Assembly: GCF_009914755.1 (NCBI RefSeq) | Contig: NC_060928.1 | DNA length: 64,000 nt | Direction: 5' to 3' (one strand) | DNA from: the human T2T-CHM13v2.0 reference genome, Homo sapiens | Part shown: positions 55,848-64,000 of the stretch, piece by piece | How positions within the stretch are numbered: the stretch's first letter is position 1 | Layout of the letters: every line of letters begins with the position of its first letter | Notes under the pieces: model-generated | The model's database searches: none | Told to the model about the DNA's origin: nothing | Seen by the model: the letters and a program-made list of their open reading frames with translations, nothing else | Position numbers and translations under genes: made by a program

Positions 55848-56924
55848 CTGTTCTATATTATTTTAAAACCTAAACCCTTTCCTCTTAAACAAGCAGACAT
55901 CTGTAATATATGTAACCTAATTGTAAAATAGATAAACGTAACAGAGAGTATGGTTGGTATAGTTTCTGGTTAGTGCTAAATGATTGGAACAAAGAAAGGA
56001 GAGATTACTCTGGACTGGAATGATCAAGAAAAGCTATATAAGGATACAACTTGAGGTGGACTGTGAACTCTGTGTAGAAACAGAGTTAGGGTTCGTTTTG
56101 GAGGTTCTAACAATTGTAATATTTTTAGTAGTTACAAGTAGAGCTCTGTCATTCCCATCATCTAATTATAATGTGCAAAGACTGATTGCATGTACTCTTT
56201 GACTACAGTTCTTGGCACTAATAACCCTAAACAAAGCTGGAGGCGCTAATTACCTCCTTTTCCTAATCTGAATTTTGATGTGCTTTTGAACTAGTAAGTC
56301 TTCTGGCATTCTAAGAAGACTTACCCCATCACTGGGGAGACATTTACTTCAGCATTCAGAAAACTAGATTTTTGAATTAAAGTTTTTTAGAGGAGTTTTT
56401 CACGCAGTAGCACAAATAAATTAATCAGTGTCTTTATTTTTCTATACCCCTATCGTCATTGCCTGCATATAAGAAGGAGATAAGTATAACAGTTTACTCA
56501 TGGGATATGTGTACTTTTTGATAGAAAACATGGAGACTATGAAAAGCATTCATTTTGTCTCCTGGTTGTCAGATTCTGTCTGTAACTGACAGTATGATCC
56601 TATATCTTTTAAATGTGCTATTACCTGAGTTTCTTTTGGTAACACTAAAGGTAGAAAGAAAAAAAGTTAACTTAGGGTAAAGGCTATTTGTTCCTTTTTC
56701 ATTAAAAAACCAGGAAATTCTTTTTTGATTGGTGACATCGTATTAATATTTAGTCTGATTTATTAGCATGAGGCAAACAGCTTTTTTCCCCAGAGTGTTG
56801 ACTTAGAGAATGTGGACTTATATAAAAATAAAGATAATTTAGTTTATGATTTTTCTTCTTTTTTCAAAATTCAGTTTCTTTCTTAACTTTTTGTTGGACT
56901 TTTTCTCACTTTTTAAAAAAACCG

Positions 56925-57335
56925 TTAGTTTTGTGACTTGGGCAACCTACTCGGCCTCAATTTTCTTATCCCTAAAATGGGGTTATTAACCCACCTATTT
57001 AACAGGGTGGTTGGTAGGATTAAATGAGATCATATCTGTGGAATGATTCAAACAGTTAGAACGGTACCTCATAGTTACTTAGTGAGTAAGTATTAGCTAT
57101 TGTTTTAAATAAAACCAGTAGGATTTCAACCACACTGGCAGGTGTGCCCAGCTCTGCCCTTTGCTAGCTGTGTGACCCTAAAAATGTTACTTAGCCTCTT
57201 TGTATTTCAGTTTCCATGTCTGGAACACGGAAGTAATACTGATGCCTCCCTTGTAGATTTTTGTAACAATTAAAGCAGTTAATGCTTATAAAAGTTCTCA
57301 GAACACCCTGGCACATAGTAAGTCTGTTGTTATAA
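56925..57335 (+). mobile_element. Two tandem MIR copies
   Basis: tgtgacttgggcaa..cctcaattttcttatc..aaaatgggg..ggattaaatgagat; gctagctgtgtgacc...cctggcacatagtaag. Confidence 0.8.
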
Positions 57336-57629
57336 ATATTTTCAACATTATGACTGTTTTTGTCAGGATGGGTTTTTTTAAAGCAATGCATAAAAGTACT
57401 ATAAATATACATTTGTTCTATATAATGGCCAACTAAGGAAACAAAAGCAGATAAGGTAAAAGCACAAGAAATGAGGAAACAGAAAGAAGGCAAACAGGAA
57501 TAGGCAGAAGGATAAGTACTAAAAAACATACATACACTTCCAGGGAGAGAGGACAGATCAGAAAGTTCTTCCTATTTCTAAAATTTGTTTATACACACAC
57601 ACACACATGAAATGAAATTCTAGACTATA

Positions 57630-57810
57630 GTAAGTGATCTTTGGGCTATTTCCTATATCATAGCATTTTCACATTGTATTTTGTTTGCTCAGTTAATTAT
57701 CCATCTTCCCCTGCAAGCTCTTGAGGGTAAGAAACATTATGTCTTGTTCATCTTTGGAACCCTACTGTCTAGCATGTAGAAAGCTCTCAATATTTAAATT
57801 GAATTTAAAA
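57630..57810 (+). mobile_element. L2 3' end
   Basis: ctgcaagctcttgagggtaagaaac..tgtcttgttcatcttt...gctctcaatattta. Confidence 0.65.
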
Positions 57811-59345
57811 ATAGGGTTTTGCAATACTAACTTGTATTTTTCCATAAATGCTTTTCTAATATTTTCCATAAATTTTCCACAAATATGCCTTGATATTTTA
57901 TATATATATAGGATTCCTTGACTGTGTGTGACGTAGTTTAAAATTTTCCTTTTTCTAAAATTTTTATTTTCTTTTTAATTTGGAAGTCTCCATTCTTATT
58001 AAAATTAAGTGCTTATGCTATTTAATATAATAATACTTGTTACACCTTTAGGAAAACATAGTTGTTCACCATGCTTTATATACCATGTGTGAACTTTTCT
58101 ATATTTTTTTCCTTTCAGAGTGTATTGTTCTTTTTGTTTGTAAAGCAGCATACTTGATGCTGCAACCAGTGACTTTTTGCCATGCATTCTTAATACTTCT
58201 TGGAATATTTGGTTTAGGAAGTGGGGTAATTAGTACATAAACACTGTGTAGCAGAACTACCCTAATTAGTGCCTTTTGGCCTGGCTTCAATGATAAACAA
58301 AGTAAGATGTGTGTCAGCATTCATCCTAACACTTTATAAAAATTGTTATAGCCCTATGGGGCAGCATACACAAGATAAGTTAAATAATGTAGTAGTTGAG
58401 ACCATGAGAAGGAGTTTTGTCTGTCTATTTAATAGTCTTTGCATGATAAATTAGCTTCCTAGCTTTGAAGGCTTCATTAGTCTTAATTATCCAGAAAGCA
58501 TAAACTTAGCCATCAAAGTGTATCCCTAATAACGTTTTACATCTTTAGTGAAATGTTGCCTCTTTAATCTGTACCTAAACCAATTTCACTATCTTCCTAT
58601 AATCTATAGGCGAAAAAGAGCATTAGCTTAGACCATCAAAATGAAATGATTCAGGAACTGGGTTCAGAGGCAAAACATTTCTCACCCATTTTATGGGGCC
58701 TTTAGGAAATTTTCTTTCATTTAGTTCACTGTTACTTAAGTCTGTTATTTCAGAAGACCACTACTTCCTATTTTTGAAGTATAAATACTTTAAAGATTTT
58801 CCCATTAAGATGTTGCTTTGTTGGTTTACAATACTGGGACTACTATATAGGAACAGATCATTTTTTCTAGAGACAAGGAACAGAACTTTCTGCTAGACAG
58901 CTCATTTCTTAGAGACACTCTAAGCTTAAAATTTGGGACTCATTATGAAGTCTAGGTACAGTTTCTGAAGAATCTCATCTGTATTAAGAACTGGTTGTTC
59001 AAAACCTCTTTGTAATTAATTTTCTTACATTAAATCACAAGGCCGAAAATGGAAAGTAAATATGTAAAAATGTAGAAAACTTAAATAGGTTAATAATTGT
59101 CAAAGATATTGAAATGGTAGTCAAAGCCCTCCCCAAAAACTAAACACAAACACTTGAATAAACAGACACACTTTCCTAAGCCAAATAGATTTTATAGGAC
59201 ATTGTTACCAGATTTTCAGGGGATGTAACTCCTGTCTCATATGGATGCTTTAAAAATAAAAAAAAGCCAGGATACTATCTGGCTAATTTTGCAAGGCTTG
59301 TACAACCCTAATTCCAAAAGATAGCACAAGAACAGAAAAGTATAG

Positions 59346-59717
<372 letters not shown>

Positions 59718-60904
59718 GGTAATTTTTTAATATAGTATTTTATCTAAGGAAGTTAAGGATGGTTTAACATTTAAAAAATCAAAGAAATTCACTATATTAA
59801 TGGTGAAAATATGTAATAGGCAAAAAAATTATATAATTGTCTAAAAGTATGCTTTGAAAAGCATTTGATAAACTTTAACTATATAATTAAAAGTTTAGAA
59901 AATTAGGAATAGAAGGAAACTTTACAAACTAGTTATATACAAAAGCCTACAACAAATATCAATACCAAAGCTTTAATCAAACTTTATACAAAGCAAGACA
60001 AATACATATTCTTGATATAGATCTGACTAGTCCAATAAGAAAAAAAAAGTGAAATAAAGGTGGACAGAGAAATGGTGGAGCAGAAAAGAGAAACTAAAAT
60101 AGATAAAATAGTCCTTACTTGGAAGTTATACATTGTCTATGTGGGCAAATTATTAGAACTAGAAGAAGCAAGCTATATACTGTCAATAGTTTCAAGCTAT
60201 ATACTTTCAAGCAAGCTATATACTTTGAGTATACTTTCAGTAGTTTTGTTTTTCCAGATTTAGCAGTGACTACACTTCAAAATTCACAGCAATTACAAAA
60301 AGTATAATGCATTTAAACATTAACCTAACAAAAAATTATAATAGCTTTATGGAACAAATTACAGAACTTTACTAAAGGACGTAAATGAAAACTTGGTTAA
60401 ATGAAGAGCTATAACATGTCTATTGGTGGGGCACATAACAACATAAAGATACCAATTCTCCCCAAATCCAATTCCAATTAAAATTATAATAAGACTTTTG
60501 GGGAGCCTCAGTTAACTGACTCTGATGTAGAAAAAGTTTCTTAGATAGCTAAGTCTATTTTGAAATGTATCAGGAAGAGGGATGATTTTTTTCAACCACA
60601 TTTTAATCCATATTTGTAAAAGTAATATGGAACTGGCATAGAAACAGATGATTACACTAATGAAACAGAAGAGACAGGTCAAAAACAGAACCATGGTGGG
60701 GAAAAGGAATGTTGCTTAGTAGGTTCTTGAAGACTGGTTTACAAAATTTTAAAAATAAAGTTGGGCCCCTACTTCACATCACATACCATGTGAACTCCAC
60801 AGAGAACAAGGACTTAAAAGTGACAGGTATAACCACAGAGCTAATAGAAGAAAATGTAAGAGAATATTTTTCTGATCTTTTTTTAAAAAAAAATATATAT
60901 ATAT

Positions 60905-61144
60905 ATATTATTTTGAGACACAGTCTTGCTTTGTCATCCAGGTTGGAGTGCAGTGGCACGATCACGGCTCACTGCACCCTCAACCTCCTGGGCCCAAGCA
61001 ATCCTCCCACCTCATCCCCCTCAGGTAGCTGGGACAACAGCTGCATGCCACCATGCTTGGCTGATTTTTGTAGAGATGGGGTTTCACCATTTTGCCCAGG
61101 CTGGTCTTGAACTCCTGGGGTCAGGCAAGCCATCATGCCCAGCC
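60905..61144 (-). mobile_element. AluJ (internally deleted)
   Basis: atcacggctcactgcaccctcaacctcctgggcccaagcaatcctcccacctc. Confidence 0.9.
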
Positions 61145-61889
61145 TATTTTCTAATCTTGATATGAGGAAGAACTTCTTAAACCCTACTGCAAAAGCACAA
61201 ACTATCAGGGATACATTTTTTTTTGCTTTACATTGTCAAAACTAAAGATTTTTGTTCAATGATTAAAGAGTAAAAAAATTAACAGAATAGTGACAGATTG
61301 GAAGAAGATATCTGCAGTGTCATAAGCAGACGAGATAAATATGTAGACCATAAGAAAAATGCTTTCAAATCAAGAAGAAACCAATATATACAAAAGCAAA
61401 AGTTGTTACTAGACAATTCATGGAAGGGACTCCTTACTGTCTAAGTGTATAAAGAGAGATGTTCAACCTTATGAGGAATTAGAGAAATGCTAATTGAAAC
61501 AACATACCACTTCCCATCTATTTGGGAAGAAGTTTTTGAAAAATCAGTTGGTAAATCAAAATATAGGTGAGGATTTGGGGTAATGAGGACATTCATGCAC
61601 TGCTGGTTGAAATGCAGGCTGACACAGCTGGTCTGAAGAGCAATGTCACAGTCCTTTGTAAAAGTAAATATGTTTATAACTTGTCACCCAGAAGTGCCAT
61701 TTCGTGTACATATTCTATTGAAACACATTTCAGCTTGATAATGTTGTGTATCCCAGGATGTTTACTGTGGAAGTGTTTCTGGTAGTGTGGGGTTGAGGAC
61801 AACTTAAGTGTCCATCACTATGAGAATGGTCAAGTAAAATGCAACGGATGCATCCTGTGGAACGTTCTGTAACAGAGCAATAAAATAAA

Positions 61890-62477
61890 TGTTCAGGCAA
61901 TGCCCTCCAGCCAGAGACTCCTGGGAACATACACCTGGAGTGGAACAAGTTGGGTTTATTCCTCCTTGTATGGAGGGGTAATGCACACCTTGCAGAACTG
62001 GGAGTGTCTTAGCAAGAGGATGTTAGGAGGGAATTATAAGAGCTGAGCTTGTATGAGATGATATGGGGGAGAGCTTAAGAAAGTGGGCATTGTACTGGAT
62101 TGCTTACTTTCAGGAGGCAGAGACAACGCCATGATTGATTATCTTAATTAAATCATCTGTAAGGAGGGAAGAATTGAGTGAAGCTAATGGTGTAGTTGGT
62201 GAAGAAGCAGTCACTCTTACTAGCTGGAACTGGGAATATATGTTTATTTTGTGGCTTGGAGAGTGTTCATATTTTGTCCATACCTGAATATGCAGCGGTC
62301 TTGTTTTTGTCTTGATCTGTTACTGTCACAGAGTGGCCTCGTCTAATGTTGCTGTTCTGTGAAATTGTTCATGTTCAACAGAATACCAAGTGAGTCTCAG
62401 ACCAGCTCATGATAACATAAAGGCCATGCTAGTAATACAATACCAGAGCAGCTCTCAAATATCCCTTCTGTTTTTCA
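61890..62477 (-). mobile_element. MER77-like ERVL solo LTR
   Basis: TG...CA bounded ~590 bp; aagttgggtttatt..., atgattgattatcttaat, gtagttggtgaagaagcagtcactc. Confidence 0.65.
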
Positions 62478-63253
62478 GTACTACAACAATACACAAGATC
62501 TTAAAAATGTAGTAGTGATTATTAAAAAGGGCTTACAGCAAGACCTATAACATAATATTATTTATATAAATTACAGACATAATAAATAAAACAGTAGTAT
62601 GTATTATTCAAGGATGAATATATGTATACAAGACCCTATACCAAATACAAGGGTTTTCATCTCTAGTGTGGTCGGAGGGAAGGGGCCAGTAGCCAATATT
62701 GGGGGTGAAAGGAAATATTAAATAAGAGAAGAGCCTTGTATGGACCAATGTGATAGTGTGCTATGTAGATTGAAAACTATGATAATTCATTTTCAGCAGC
62801 TAAAGTCTTAAAACAAGTCTACACTTCTGCAGAAAAGTGGTAAGGGAAAGAGTGGGAGAGGACCTGTAGCCCAGCATCTTATCTATATTTACTACTCTTG
62901 CCTTGTGGGAGGTGGGGGAAGGGGGAGGAGGAGGAATACCTTCTTTAAGCTTTTCCTAAATGTCTTACATTTCCCCCAAAAGGAATGAGCTGTTGTAATG
63001 ATAGCATGTTGATGCTGGTTAAAATAAAACATGCCCACCAGTGTAAAATGATAGCATTAATATTTCTTGTGGGAACTTGATTTAGCTTTAAATGTACCCA
63101 AAAGCTTTCGAAGTACAAAAGCCCTCATATTAGCTCCAGAGAAACCAAGTTTATTATATCTTAAGGAAAAGATTTCTTCATGAACCTTAAATTTAGTGTC
63201 TGTGTAATCATGTTATTTTGTCATTTACTTTTTAACTGTAGAAAAGAGCTTGA

Positions 63254-63654
<401 letters not shown>

Positions 63655-64000
63655 TAAATGTCCTTGTGTCTTCACTTCATCTTCCTTAATAAGTATTTAG
63701 AGGCAGTATTTTCGATATTAACAGCATAGATTCTTTAATTTAGGAAAGAAGAAAACTTAATTTTGATTTTTCTAACTTTCTGCTCAGCTCTTCCAACGTG
63801 AATATGTAGGTCTCTGTCTCCCGGGGTCCTCATTATGCTTTACTTTGCCCTTTCCAGTGCCCTTTCCAGTGTTTCAACCACATTGAGCCGCATGGCCGCA
63901 TAGGGGACTATGAAGATCAGCTCATGCATTTGTGAAGCACTGCCTCCTTGTGTCTTACTGTTCTCTTTCTTAATTGGCTGTGTTCTGGAATGGTGTCTTG

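Noticed and set aside
58145-58163. Hairpin gcagcat-acttg-atgctgc as a miRNA precursor
   Set aside because: Only a 7-bp stem with no extended pairing that I can see; expected by chance.

Overview
This is not microbial DNA. It is AT-rich primate (human-like) non-coding sequence, most plausibly part of a large intron, and roughly half of it is recognisable transposable-element debris. The elements are ~16 Alus (J, S and Y), L1PA/L1MA/L1MB/L1MC/L1ME fragments, L2, MIR, HAL1, solo LTRs (MER52, two THE1, MST, MLT1, MLT2A1, MER31/67-like, MER77-like) and DNA transposons (MER20, Tigger3b, MER47, MER2/2B, MER1B, Tigger4a, MER44A, Charlie). I found no protein-coding exon I can support: the listed ORFs are chance, Alu-derived, GC-rich LTR-derived, or broken L1 ORF2. 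I cannot name a host gene and see no evidence of a new biological system. The most notable items are small mechanistic scars: a tailless 5S rRNA retropseudogene with a TSD, a 200-bp fold-back with a perfect 30-bp outer stem, an ancient twin-primed L1, an Alu-in-Alu with apparent conversion, a length-neutral 19-bp replacement at an MLT2A1 end, and a compound templated insertion in an Alu. There are also candidate CTCF and DUX4 motifs. Subfamily names come from remembered consensus sequences and need RepeatMasker/Dfam confirmation; boundaries of old elements are approximate.
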